NCBI GenBank assembly: GCA_008690995.1
Contig: VRMN01000001.1
Coordinates: 1,674,001 to 1,738,000, forward strand
DNA: 64,000 bases
Direction of reading: 5' to 3'
Source of the DNA: Porphyridium purpureum
Taxonomy: Eukaryota
The notes beneath the pieces are model-generated. The model was not told the origin of the DNA, made no database searches, and saw only the letters and a program-made list of their open reading frames with translations. A program made the position numbers and the translations under genes. Within the stretch, counting starts at the first letter, position 1, and each line of letters opens with the position of its first letter. Positions 41,353 to 51,996 of the stretch are shown piece after piece.

Positions 41353-41643
41353 CTAGTGCACGATCGGTTTCAGAGAGCGTCCCCGAATCGCACTCCACTG
41401 AGTTTGGCGGTCCAGCTCGGCGCTGATTTCGCCCACGATCGCAAGATTATCACCACGCAAGAGAAAGAGACCAAGCTCCACGTGCACAACGGCTGCGCCG
41501 CGCTCAAAGTTGCGCTCGCGCGCGTGGCGCAGCACCAAATTGTGTGTCTGATCAAATCCAACGAGCTCGCCCACCACGTTACGCCCATCAAGCGTGAGCA
41601 CACTCACGTGCTTGCCCACAAAAGCGGCCAGCATGGGCGCCAT
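41353..41643 (-). CDS. LSM8: U6 snRNA-associated Sm-like protein LSm8
   Basis: VSVLTLDGRNVVGELVGFDQTHNLVL, LGLFLLRGDNLAIVGEI and C-terminal LKPIVH. Confidence 0.9.
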   Translation of the reverse strand: MAPMLAAFVGKHVSVLTLDGRNVVGELVGFDQTHNLVLRHARERNFERGAAVVHVELGLFLLRGDNLAIVGEISAELDRQTQWSAIRGRSLKPIVH

Positions 41644-41997
41644 GGCTCCTTGTGGTCCACGCGCGTGTGCTCTCGGTTGCAAATCATCGGCTCTGTGGCG
41701 ATGGAGCTCTCATGAACATGCACGTACCGACTGGAATTTTTACGAACCGGCAATCGTTCTTCGTTTGACTCGCTTTCTTGTTTTGCACGCGTCGAAGCGA
41801 GTGCGATTGAGATCGACGCAACACTTATTCGATCCAGCGGGAGCGGTTCTTAGACATCCATAGTAAGTCTCCTACAGGAAAGAAACAAAAGCAGTGATGC
41901 CGCGCTTCCGAGACAGATCATATCCTTATGAACGTGCACAATTGCAAGCAGCAGATATCATCAAAGGTCAAGCTCGTTTAATTTCTTCTCGGCCCAC

Positions 41998-43155
41998 CTA
42001 ACGGCGGCCCGATTGCCGGCGCTCACCAACTTGGCGGCGATCATCAAATGTGAGTATCATATGCTTGTTGTTAAAGGGTACGTCGAGCCGCAGCGTGCGC
42101 ATTCCCAGAGTCATGACAACCGCATGATGGGGTGGTGCCACAACCGTTGCATGATGGTCCCGAATCAGCTGCTCAGCCTCTGCGCGGCTTTCCATGCGCA
42201 CATGGATATACACGACAGCACCGTTGCGCGCCTGCGTGATGAACTCGGCCCACACTTCTTCCACGCGGTACGGACTGATTAAGTATGCGAGGCGGTCGAG
42301 GCCGTGATTTGCCGGAAAGTTGGAGATGAGTACGGTGCGGCCGTCGTCTTCCGCAGGGTCCGGAAGAGTCATGACCCTTCGGGCCACGTCACTGACAATG
42401 CGAACAGGCATAGCAACAATCTTATCCTGCTCGGCACGGTGGCTGCCTTGCATTTCTAGCATGCTGAGAAGCTCAGCCCGATGCGCGACGCCATTGGGCG
42501 CGCGGACGAACCAGCTATGCCGATAAGCGCTTTGTGATCGGAAAGCTGGAATGAAGTCTTCGCGTTTTAGTCCGACGTCGGACAGGCTCTGCACGCCGAG
42601 CAAGACCGCAAAGTCTTCGGGCGTCGCGGTTGGCGAAAGCCCTTGCACACGCATAAATGATGCCTTTGAGTCATCCCAGTCCTTCAGTAAGCGCCTTGGA
42701 TCCCTCCGATACAGCGGGATTGGCAGAAGAGCAGTCCGTATAGTGGCACGGTCGGATATTCCCCGCACCGGCATTTCATTGCGGAACCTGTCTAGGTAGA
42801 ACGTCGCCGAGAAGTCATCCTTCCTGGTTCCGATTTCGCCCTTCACAAACCGATGCAGACGCGCCAAGAACGGAGGTTGATCCATGGAGCGAAACAAATT
42901 GTGCGTACGCTCAGAAGCAGACTCTTGCGTGTCCGCCGGTGCGACATGGGCATCCGTGCCATGATCACCCAGCTCTTCCCTGTCTACGTTGTCATCGTCA
43001 TCTGCCACTCTGCCTCCATCCACTCGATCATCCACCGCGACCTGCGAACCACTCGGCGAGCTCAGCATGCGAAACTGCGGCACACCGGCTGCTTTCGCGC
43101 GCGCGCTCCAATGCAGCGTCCGCCACGCGCGTTCTGCCGCACGCCCACGCTGCAT
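41998..43155 (-). CDS. Hypothetical organelle-targeted protein, possibly with degenerate RRM-like domains
   Basis: Arg-rich presequence-like N-terminus. MRVQGLSP and TVLISNFP resemble RNP2 strands. Confidence 0.6.
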   Translation of the reverse strand: MQRGRAAERAWRTLHWSARAKAAGVPQFRMLSSPSGSQVAVDDRVDGGRVADDDDNVDREELGDHGTDAHVAPADTQESASERTHNLFRSMDQPPFLARLHRFVKGEIGTRKDDFSATFYLDRFRNEMPVRGISDRATIRTALLPIPLYRRDPRRLLKDWDDSKASFMRVQGLSPTATPEDFAVLLGVQSLSDVGLKREDFIPAFRSQSAYRHSWFVRAPNGVAHRAELLSMLEMQGSHRAEQDKIVAMPVRIVSDVARRVMTLPDPAEDDGRTVLISNFPANHGLDRLAYLISPYRVEEVWAEFITQARNGAVVYIHVRMESRAEAEQLIRDHHATVVAPPHHAVVMTLGMRTLRLDVPFNNKHMILTFDDRRQVGERRQSGRR

Positions 43156-43665
43156 GGCGCTCCAGACCGTGCGCATTGAATGGAGGACGCGCCTGATCAC
43201 GAAAGTGTCGGTGCCAGGCAGAGTGAGCGCCGCTGTAACCCGAGTGCGATGGACGTTCTCACCGCCTCGCCGTCGTCGTTGGCCGGCACACGAAGAGCAA
43301 GGGAGTACGAGCGCTTTACACGCTCCTTCGCCACACTTGCGCCGGCGCACAGGCTCAAAGAAACCTAGCAGGGCTCGATCTGTCTAGTAAACATGGTACA
43401 TTTTACTAGTAGAGTGAACGGCTGCACTGACGCATGCTTTTACTTTTGCGCTACAGTTCTTGGCAGCAGGCCATGTCGAAGACACGCCAACGCACATGGA
43501 TGCTGCTTCCGCTGCAGCGGAGGCCTGGGTCGACGTCATTGACGCGGCATTCGGCGACATCATGTTGAAAGCTTGGTCCGCACCGCACTGTTCGATCTGC
43601 TACGACGTTACGACATCGCGAGCTGCGCGGCGCCGACCACACACACACATGCTGCACAACCTCGT

Positions 43666-45429
43666 CTACTCCTTGGGCTCTGGACCCTCAGCCTCTTCCA
43701 GGTAGTACAAATCCTCCAGGAAGCGAATGGTCGAGTCCTTGTCCGTGGCGTCCGGGAGCTCGGTTTCTGGCGGATATATTTGCTGCATGGCGTCTCCAAT
43801 TTCAAGCTGCTCGGCAATCTTCAGGATCGCATCGCGGTCCTCTTGCGCAACCAGGCTCGTCACGATCCCAGGTGCGGTTTGCCCCACACGCCCCGCGCGC
43901 CCAGCTTGGTGGAGGTAATCCTCGATGCTCAACGGAAGGTACAAGTTGTACACGTGCGACACGTTCGGAAAGTCCAGCCCGCGACTCGATTCCGGCGTCA
44001 TGATTAGCATATTCACCACACCATCACGGAAGTACTCCATGATCTGGAATGGAATCACACCGGTTTTGGGTAGCAGCACTGCGATTTTCGCTGTGCTTTG
44101 ACCCCACATGACCAAGCGCAGCTTTTCTGCCACGCCCCTGGCAATTTCCTCATTCGGCACGAACACGACCACACGCGGCGACGCCTCGGACGGAGATTTG
44201 CTGGTAGCTTGCATCAAATTCACGTCGCTCTTGATGATTCCCTTTAGGGCGCTCAGTGCTCGCCAACCATCCACGATGCAGTACCGATGTGTCAACCCCC
44301 CTGGGAGCCGCTTGATACCTGCAGCGTCCTCGATGTTCTCAAACACCTTTTTCTCTGTGACCACGAGCGGCGCGTTCAGCCACTTGGACAGCACTGCGCG
44401 CTGGATCTGTTCGGGCGTGACAGAAGCGCCGCATACCATGTGGAAAGCCCTGCTTGAAATCAGTGTATTCAGGGTGTCCGCCCCACCCATTTCGAGGCAC
44501 CGATCAAACTCATCGACGACCACCGCCTCAAGCTGCTGCGGAAGAATTACGAGCGACTTGACTACGCGCGCGAGGTACTTTGGAGTACCGAGCACAATCT
44601 GGATGCCTTCTAACAGATCGCCCTCTGTGGCGCGCGTGGCCGTGTCCTCGTCAAAAACACCCACAACTCGGATTCCTCGTGGTCCCGTGTACTGGTACAT
44701 ATTGAGCTTGCTTCCTGGATCTGACTCCTTGCGCAAATCGCCGCCCAGAAGCTGATACAAAAGTAGCGCCTGCTTGGCTGCCAGTTCTTTTGACGGGACC
44801 ACCACCAAGGCGAGCACTGGGGCGCGCTTGTCTGCGAGTTTCCCGCTGGAACTACACTCAAACAGCTGATCGCTCAGTCGCGAGAGCAGGGGTACCATGT
44901 ATGCCAGCGACTTGCCTGAGCCAGTCTGCGAGAGCACCGCGGCGTCGCGCTCCTTCTCCAGGGTAGCGATCATGGCCTGCCTTTGGATCTGCAGTGGAAG
45001 CTCCCAGCCGAGCCGCTCGAGCCGATCAGCGAGCCACGCCGGAACACCAAACGAGCGCCAGTCGACAAACTCGCGCACATCAGCGCCTTCCGGCAGCAGC
45101 GCCTGGATCTTATCCCTAATCTCTGCCGCGAGCTGGTAGTCCTCAGCCTTGAGTGCGAAGCGCAGCTGCGTCTGCAGCACATTCAGGTCCTGCTTCTGCT
45201 TCATCTTTTTCTTCCACTCCGCTCCGGACACGTCCACGTCCACGGCCTCTGCCGCCTCATCTCCGTCCTGTGCCATCCCGCCGCCGCCCTCCATCCTCAC
45301 GCGGTGCCATCTCCTTGCGCATCTGCCGTGCAGTCCCAGACCCACTCTGCCTGTTGCGCAACGCGCCACCTTCCACACGCCATCTTCCCGCCGCACGAGG
45401 CGACCGTGACTCCCAACCACAAATGCCAT
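43666..45429 (-). CDS. Plastid-targeted DEAD-box RNA helicase with an N-terminal UVR-like hairpin
   Basis: MAFVVG start, SQTGSGKS, VPSKELA, DEFD, SRGLDF and HQAGRAGR. UVR-like ALKAEDYQLAAEIRDKI. Confidence 0.9.
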   Translation of the reverse strand: MAFVVGSHGRLVRREDGVWKVARCATGRVGLGLHGRCARRWHRVRMEGGGGMAQDGDEAAEAVDVDVSGAEWKKKMKQKQDLNVLQTQLRFALKAEDYQLAAEIRDKIQALLPEGADVREFVDWRSFGVPAWLADRLERLGWELPLQIQRQAMIATLEKERDAAVLSQTGSGKSLAYMVPLLSRLSDQLFECSSSGKLADKRAPVLALVVVPSKELAAKQALLLYQLLGGDLRKESDPGSKLNMYQYTGPRGIRVVGVFDEDTATRATEGDLLEGIQIVLGTPKYLARVVKSLVILPQQLEAVVVDEFDRCLEMGGADTLNTLISSRAFHMVCGASVTPEQIQRAVLSKWLNAPLVVTEKKVFENIEDAAGIKRLPGGLTHRYCIVDGWRALSALKGIIKSDVNLMQATSKSPSEASPRVVVFVPNEEIARGVAEKLRLVMWGQSTAKIAVLLPKTGVIPFQIMEYFRDGVVNMLIMTPESSRGLDFPNVSHVYNLYLPLSIEDYLHQAGRAGRVGQTAPGIVTSLVAQEDRDAILKIAEQLEIGDAMQQIYPPETELPDATDKDSTIRFLEDLYYLEEAEGPEPKE

Positions 45430-45611
45430 CTCTAGCACCACCTCACTGCCTCTCGGTACCCACTCCGAGTCACACAATCTCCCTCCTGATGGCCCTCCAC
45501 CATCAACATCTGTCTGCTTCCTCTCTCCTCACGTCCTTCACACGCAACACACGCGCCAGTGCATCTTTCCAGATTTTCCACCTCCACCAAACCTGCTTCC
45601 ACATTCTGAGT

Positions 45612-45633
45612 GTACCCACTGTACTTAGTGTAC
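45612..45633. promoter_or_regulatory. GTAC triplet upstream of the DEAD-box helicase
   Basis: GTAC at 45612, 45621 and 45630 (9-bp spacing). Confidence 0.5.
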
Positions 45634-47651
45634 ACAAGGTGTCAACGCTGGCGGTGTTTGATGTGAGGAGAGCGCGGGAAGTGGCTGCATGGTTGCTTTT
45701 CTGAAACGACCCCAGATACAACACGCAGAAGCACGCGCACGTATGTACAGAACAGGTTGGTATGAAACTCGAACGAGAAATGTCTGCCTGTAAGCGAACG
45801 CCGCGGCGCACTGAACGCGGCGGTAACCGACAGAGCTTCGAGTCGTGCTCTGCGCTAACGACGTCCGCGCCAAGACAAGCGCGACGCACGAGACCCGCTC
45901 GCGCAAATGCCTGTTGTCGCAGCAGCAATATTCGATGAGGAAGGGTTTCAATTCCTTGCTTTTCAAGCAGGGTTTTGAGAAGAATTTCGTTTCCCGTCCG
46001 TCACATTGCCGTGGAAAGCAGCATCGCATGAACAAAGAATCTCGTTTTCGCAATTGCTCGTGCGGGATAAGATACAATCACTCTTCTAGATGTAACGAAG
46101 TACGCGGGGCATCGTCGAAGTGTCTTTCCTGTTGTCTTCTACACCGTGTGCTGCGATCAGACACATTTGTCTGTGACCCAATTCTGCCGACCTGCTCCTT
46201 TTCTTACCTCAATTTTCTTTTATTCCTGCGCACTCATTCCGCGTCGGACACGATACTAAGTCCGTGCTTTTGTAGATGTGGGAGGGCTTGCTATCCTCGC
46301 ACTCTCCTTGTGCGACACGCACCCCTCTTGCTCCCTCTGCACACTGGATTCCGTCTACTGACTGTTCTGTTTGCAGCTTCTCATTGTCGCGCTTCGTCTT
46401 CGCACGGCACGGACACCTATGCCCGCTCCTTCACGAGCGGGCACGAAAAGGCGAAAGCCCCCTTTTGACCTATATAGCGCCTCTGACACTCATGTTTGTG
46501 ATCATCCCTTGAACAAAGCGTTTAATTCTCGGCACTGCCTGAGATGAGCCTGACGGACTGGCGGAGGGAGCGAAAAGTCAGGAGTTCACGCAACGCGTCT
46601 ACATTCGCAACCGGAAGTGTGCTCGCGGCATCACTGCCGATGGGCGCTGAGCTGTGCAAGGCGCACCAACCAGAGACTTTGCGCAGCATGAGGCCTCAGC
46701 GACCAAGATGACCTTCACTGCGGGTCAGAGTGGGTGAATAACTTGTCCACCTTGTGTCCAGTCCCAGCCTGCCCGCTCACCAAATACGACTTCAGGATGA
46801 CCAAACAATGCACACTCATATTCCATGGCAAAAGCAGGCGTTTTTAGTTTGCGCATGGATTTGCCTAATGCTTCCTATGAGCACTGTACCGCTTGCATTC
46901 ATCGAGGGTTCAGCTGCGTGGATCGAGCGTTGCGCATGCTCCACCGAGTATCGCGCCATCCGGCCGGTGTCAAGCACGGCCGCGCACGCCGCCGCACACA
47001 CCGAACGAGCCGCTGTCGTGCGCAATGATGGTCGCGTTGCGTCACTCCGCCGCAGAAATCATATCATCGCACCGCACAGTCTTCTGACTGCTGGAACCTG
47101 CTTGCAACGTGCGCTCTGTCTTGTACGCATAATGCGTGCGCGCCTTTGCCTGTGGCCGCCGGTTGTGGCTGTGATTGCGTGCACCAGAGCTGCCCGATGA
47201 GCGTCGTCGAATTCGTGTCTAGCTCGCGTCCGCTTTGCGGCGCGCGCTGGCAAAAGCCTTTGGCGGTGGTTCTGGTGGCGGTGGTGGTGGTAGGATCAAC
47301 GTGCTACCTCGATAGGACTTTGACTTCTGCTAGGGTTAGAATCAATCCGTTGGATTCAAACGTGTGCGAGTTCATTTTTTCAAGGGATTAAATTGACAGG
47401 TATCGGTGACACTTTAGCGTGCTTTTTGGATCGCTATGGCGGATGTCAACTCTTGCCTTCGCGGCTGGTGCCATGCACGACGGACGCGGTTTAAATCGAT
47501 GTGGTTTCCTGCTGGCAGAAGAAGTGCTGGTGTGGCAAGATTCCGCGGTATTCGAAAGTTGTGGAAACAGAAGTTGCGGTAGCGCGCGCGAGGAGACGGA
47601 AGACGTGCGTTGCAAACTGAGCGTGAGGACGGTTTGTGACGAGGGATTGTG

Positions 47652-49103
47652 ATGGAGACGGAGGAGTTGGATAGCACGGGCCTCACGGTCGAGCAGATCG
47701 ACCTGCTCAAGTCGGCGGTGCCCGTGTTGCGGACATGTATGCTGCTGCTCGTGGAGCGCATGTACTCGTCGCTGTTCCGCGAGAATCCGCAAGTGCGCGG
47801 CATGTTTAGTCTGCAGTTCTATCGCCCGGGTGGTTCAGAGTCGGGTGGCAGTTCGGGGATTCACAGTCTAGCAGACTCGCGCGCGAACAGCGTCAAGCGC
47901 AATAAAACCCCACCGGGGCTCGACGATGATGTTGCGGGGAGCATGGACACGTGTCCGTTTTCAACGGCTCCTTCAGCAAGTGTGCTATCGACGAGCAACG
48001 TCACGTCTCCATCGCTGCAAGAGCGGCGCGGACCAACCAGTTCCTGCCCGCTCACGCCAGGAGGGACGCCGCGCCCCGCGTTCGTGACAACGGGACTCAG
48101 CTCGGGCTGTACGGTATCGGGAAACGCGATCGTACTTGCAGATACGCTCTTGAGCATCATCAGTCACTTGGATGACCTCACACCGCTTCTTGCAAGTATC
48201 ACGCGCATTGGCAAAATCCATGTGAGTCGTGGCGTGCTAGCGGCGCACTACGACGTGTTGGAACCACACTTCCTCGACGCAGCTGAAAGCGTCTTGCGCG
48301 AGAAGAATATGCACTCGGAAGCAGTCATGCTCGCACTGATATCAGCGTACGAGGCACTAAAGGGCATCATGGTTGATGAAGAGAAGAAAATTCGAGCAGA
48401 CCTGAAACAGGCGGGCGCCTGGGATGGGCTCCGCACGTTTGTCGTGGAACGGATGGAAAGCGGGCGAGATTCCACGTACATTGAACTGAGACCACTCGAC
48501 GGGCTGTGCTGTGTGCCATACCGTCCCGGAGAAGTCGTCACCCTGTCTATGGACACACCGGAGTGTGGCAAAATAACGCGTTCTTTTATGATGGCAGGGA
48601 AAGTGGGGAGCGTCGACAGCTACGGTATTCGCATTCAAAGAGAGCACTTTCATCAGAACCTTCCGATGGACAACCGGACGTTGCTCGAGAATTTGGAGGT
48701 CGGCAGTCATTGTGACCTATCCTGCCCGTACGGTGGTTTTTTGCAGGAAAGAAAGTCAAACACCAACAGGTCGCGTCGCGTGCTGCCGCCGTCCCTGTTG
48801 CCGGCTGAGTCGCTGCTCCCGCGCTCGGGCTCATCGTCGGCCACCATGGGTGTAGGTGATAGCACTTCATATTTGGAGATGGGCGGCGAGATGGCGCCTA
48901 GATCCGGGTCAGCGGGCAGCTCACTTGGCGGCAAGCAGGATGCCGGCACATCGCCGCGTGGCGACAGAGCGGGTGAGAGTGAATCGCCACGTGGGAACAG
49001 AGCAGGTGCGGGCACGAAAAATCTGCGCTTTGGTGCTCTATCTCAAGATAGACTGCACCCGATGGCCCGCACGGCACCAGTCAACTCGTCTTCCTTTCAA
49101 TAA
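47652..49103 (+). CDS. Flavohaemoglobin-derived protein: interrupted globin plus FAD-binding barrel, no recognisable NAD-binding domain
   Basis: Globin LTVEQIDLLKSAVPVL ... MYSSLFRENPQVRGMF and RIGKIHVSRGVLAAHYDVL (proximal His). Then GAWDGLRTF, PYRPGEVVTL and LSCPYGGF. Confidence 0.85.
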   Translation: METEELDSTGLTVEQIDLLKSAVPVLRTCMLLLVERMYSSLFRENPQVRGMFSLQFYRPGGSESGGSSGIHSLADSRANSVKRNKTPPGLDDDVAGSMDTCPFSTAPSASVLSTSNVTSPSLQERRGPTSSCPLTPGGTPRPAFVTTGLSSGCTVSGNAIVLADTLLSIISHLDDLTPLLASITRIGKIHVSRGVLAAHYDVLEPHFLDAAESVLREKNMHSEAVMLALISAYEALKGIMVDEEKKIRADLKQAGAWDGLRTFVVERMESGRDSTYIELRPLDGLCCVPYRPGEVVTLSMDTPECGKITRSFMMAGKVGSVDSYGIRIQREHFHQNLPMDNRTLLENLEVGSHCDLSCPYGGFLQERKSNTNRSRRVLPPSLLPAESLLPRSGSSSATMGVGDSTSYLEMGGEMAPRSGSAGSSLGGKQDAGTSPRGDRAGESESPRGNRAGAGTKNLRFGALSQDRLHPMARTAPVNSSSFQ

Positions 49104-49380
49104 GAGAAGCGTTCGCCCGTGACCCATGTGCGCATCGGTTTTTGGTGAGAGTGCTGCGCGGATCTGACTTGTCGACTGACGGGGAACGTAAAATTTTAAA
49201 AGCACTATGCGCATCGCCTGATTTTTTTAGGAGACCAGACAAAATGGATATTGCAATAAAGATGAAACGCTTCCTTTGTATAAGACACAATTATACTTTT
49301 TTTTCGGTTAGCGGTTGCAAGGCGTTTGCGCTTGGCTCTGTTCCCACCCAAGGAGCCAGTTGATCCCCATTCTGGACCAA

Positions 49381-51384
49381 CTAGCGCCGGGACTTGACCA
49401 CCTTCTTGATTCTGATACTTTGAGGCGTCGCTTCTACCACTTCTTCCGAGGTGATGTACTCAATGGCGTCATCTAGCGACAGGTTCAGCACACCCTGCAG
49501 CGAGGTGTTCGTATCTTTGGAAGCCGCGCGCATGTTCGTCAGTGCCTTCTTCTTGCACACATTCACCTTGAGGTCTCCCGGGCGCTGGTGGATGCCGACC
49601 ACTTGGTCAGCGTACACTTCATCACCGGGCGACGAGAACATGCGCCCTCGCTGCTGGGCGGCCTCGAGGCCAAACGAAGTGACCTTGCCTGTTTCGTGTG
49701 CAATCAGGTTGCCCTGGTCCTTGGTCTCAATTTCGCCTGCGTGCGGCCTGAAACCGGCAAACTGCGTGTTGAGAACAATATTCCCGCGAGTCGCGGTCAG
49801 CAGAGCGTTCTTGACGCCCAGGAGGCCACGCGTTGGCACGAGAAAGTTCACAGTCATCATACCCTCGCTATTCTTCGCACCCATGTCGAGCATCTCGCCC
49901 TTGCGGCGCCCAAACAGCTCCACCACGGCACCCATGTACTCCTCCTGAACCTCAATCTCCACTTCCTCAAACGGCTCACACTTCTTGCCATCCACGACTT
50001 TGGTGATGACGGTGGGCGCACCAATCATGAGCTCGTACCCTTCGCGTCGCATCGTCTCAATCAGGATGGTGAGATGCAGAGCGCCTCGGCCAAGCACATC
50101 AAACGTGTCGGCCGAGTCCGTCGGTTCGACCTTGAGCGCGACGTTTCGCTCCAGCTCTTTGAACAGGCGGTCGCGGAGGTTTCGCGAGGTCACAAACTTG
50201 CCCTCCTTTCCCGCAAACTCAGATGTGTTAATGGAGAATGCCATGCGCACTGTCGGCTCCTCCACGGCAATCGGTGGCAAATAGTTTTCTGCGCCCTGAG
50301 CCACAATAGTGTCACCAATTTCAATGTCGGACAATCCAGAAAGAACCACAATGTCGCCGGCGCTGGCCTCTTCCACGGCCGCCTTGCCAAAATTGTCGAA
50401 TACCATGATCTCGCTAATCTTACCCGTTGTCATCGGCTTCTTGGGATGCGCGATGCCGATGGTTTGTTGCTTGCGCATCACGCCAGACTGGATACGGCCA
50501 ATGGCAAGCCGCCCCTTGAAGTCGTCATAGTCAATGTTCGACACCATCATTTGCAGCGAGCCATTCGGGTTGACCTTGGGCTTCGGCAGGTCCAGAATCG
50601 CGTCCAGGACGGGCTGCAGGCTCTGCTCGAGCGAGTCGGGTGTGTTACCGGACAGGCCCTTCAGTGCCGATGCGTAGACGGTGTGAAAGTCGGTTTGCTC
50701 GTCCGTCGCGCCCAGCTCACAGAACAAGTCAAACGTGGTATCCACGACCCACTCGGGCCTCGACGCCGGGCGATCAATTTTGTTCACCACAACGACGACC
50801 TTGAGGCCCAGCGACAGTGCCTTTTTAAGCACGAAGCGTGTCTGCGGCTTGGGTCCTTCGACGGCGTCCACGAGCAACAGCACACCATCCACCATATTGA
50901 GGACGCGCTCGACTTCCCCGCCAAAGTCGGCGTGGCCGGGAGTGTCGACAATGTTGAGGCGCGTGTTCTTGTAGTTGATCGCTGTATTCTTGGCCAAAAT
51001 GGTGATCCCGCGCTCGCGCTCGAGATCATTCGAGTCCATGATGCGCTCCTGCACTTCCTGGTTGTCGCGGAAGACCTTTGATTCGGACAGCAGCGCGTCC
51101 ACAAGCGTAGTCTTGCCGTGGTCCACGTGTGCCACAATCGCGATGTTGCGCACGTCGTGCCTCACATTCTCGTCCGCGCGGGCGCGCTCCAGACTCGCGA
51201 CAGTGGAACCGACGTCCTCCGCCAGCACGCACGTCGGCGCGACGCCACCCGGCCGCGCGAGCTGCCGAGCCCCGAACCCACTCCGCCGAGACCCCACCTG
51301 CGCGCACACAAACGACTTGCCCGACCTTGCCACGCTCGCGCTGCTCGCGCCACCGGCGCCCGCGACGCCCACGAATCCCAACAT
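49381..51384 (-). CDS. typA: Plastid TypA/BipA translational GTPase
   Basis: RNIAIVAHVDHGKTTLVD, MDSNDLERERGITILAKN, DTPGHADFGGEVER and LTNMRAAS. Transit peptide begins MLGFVG. Confidence 0.97.
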   Translation of the reverse strand: MLGFVGVAGAGGASSASVARSGKSFVCAQVGSRRSGFGARQLARPGGVAPTCVLAEDVGSTVASLERARADENVRHDVRNIAIVAHVDHGKTTLVDALLSESKVFRDNQEVQERIMDSNDLERERGITILAKNTAINYKNTRLNIVDTPGHADFGGEVERVLNMVDGVLLLVDAVEGPKPQTRFVLKKALSLGLKVVVVVNKIDRPASRPEWVVDTTFDLFCELGATDEQTDFHTVYASALKGLSGNTPDSLEQSLQPVLDAILDLPKPKVNPNGSLQMMVSNIDYDDFKGRLAIGRIQSGVMRKQQTIGIAHPKKPMTTGKISEIMVFDNFGKAAVEEASAGDIVVLSGLSDIEIGDTIVAQGAENYLPPIAVEEPTVRMAFSINTSEFAGKEGKFVTSRNLRDRLFKELERNVALKVEPTDSADTFDVLGRGALHLTILIETMRREGYELMIGAPTVITKVVDGKKCEPFEEVEIEVQEEYMGAVVELFGRRKGEMLDMGAKNSEGMMTVNFLVPTRGLLGVKNALLTATRGNIVLNTQFAGFRPHAGEIETKDQGNLIAHETGKVTSFGLEAAQQRGRMFSSPGDEVYADQVVGIHQRPGDLKVNVCKKKALTNMRAASKDTNTSLQGVLNLSLDDAIEYITSEEVVEATPQSIRIKKVVKSRR

Positions 51385-51996
51385 CGTTTCTCTCCCTGCA
51401 CCCCACGTCTTCTCCACAACCACCCAATTCTAATCGCAGAACACACGCTACCACGCAACTTCCAATGCCCACCAATATATGATCCAGCCCACTCCCACCT
51501 TCTCTCTCTCTCTCTCTCTCTTATAACCCGCACCCCAACGTCTCCACTACTTCCATGCGTCCGCCTTCATCTCTCAGTCTCTCCCAATTGGAACGTGCAC
51601 ACCACGTCCGGACAAACTCGCATCCCGCCAACCTCCCCAAACCGGCGCGCGCACACACACGCAAAGCCGCCCACTTCCCGCGCGGCCCGTCCTATTAAAA
51701 CACCACCGCTTTACTATTACTTCCTCCGAACCGGCACGACTCCGACTCACCACGAGAGATTCGTTTCTTTGTTTGTCCATTCGGTCGGCGGCCGCACAGT
51801 GAGGGCCGCAAAGACTGAAGGGGGAACGGGGGTACCGATGGGGAGGCGGTACAGCGCAATCTCCACACACCAAACACAAGAACAACTAGGAAAAAGGGGG
51901 GGGGAAAACAGGCCCGCGCTCGATATCAAGAGGTACACTACACTCGATCTCTCAATAGGGTACACTACACTTGCTGTGAATAGGGTACGCTGTACC

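Noticed and set aside
49588..51081. 497-aa plus-strand ORF
   Set aside because: Antisense shadow of typA, expected with GC-rich codon usage.
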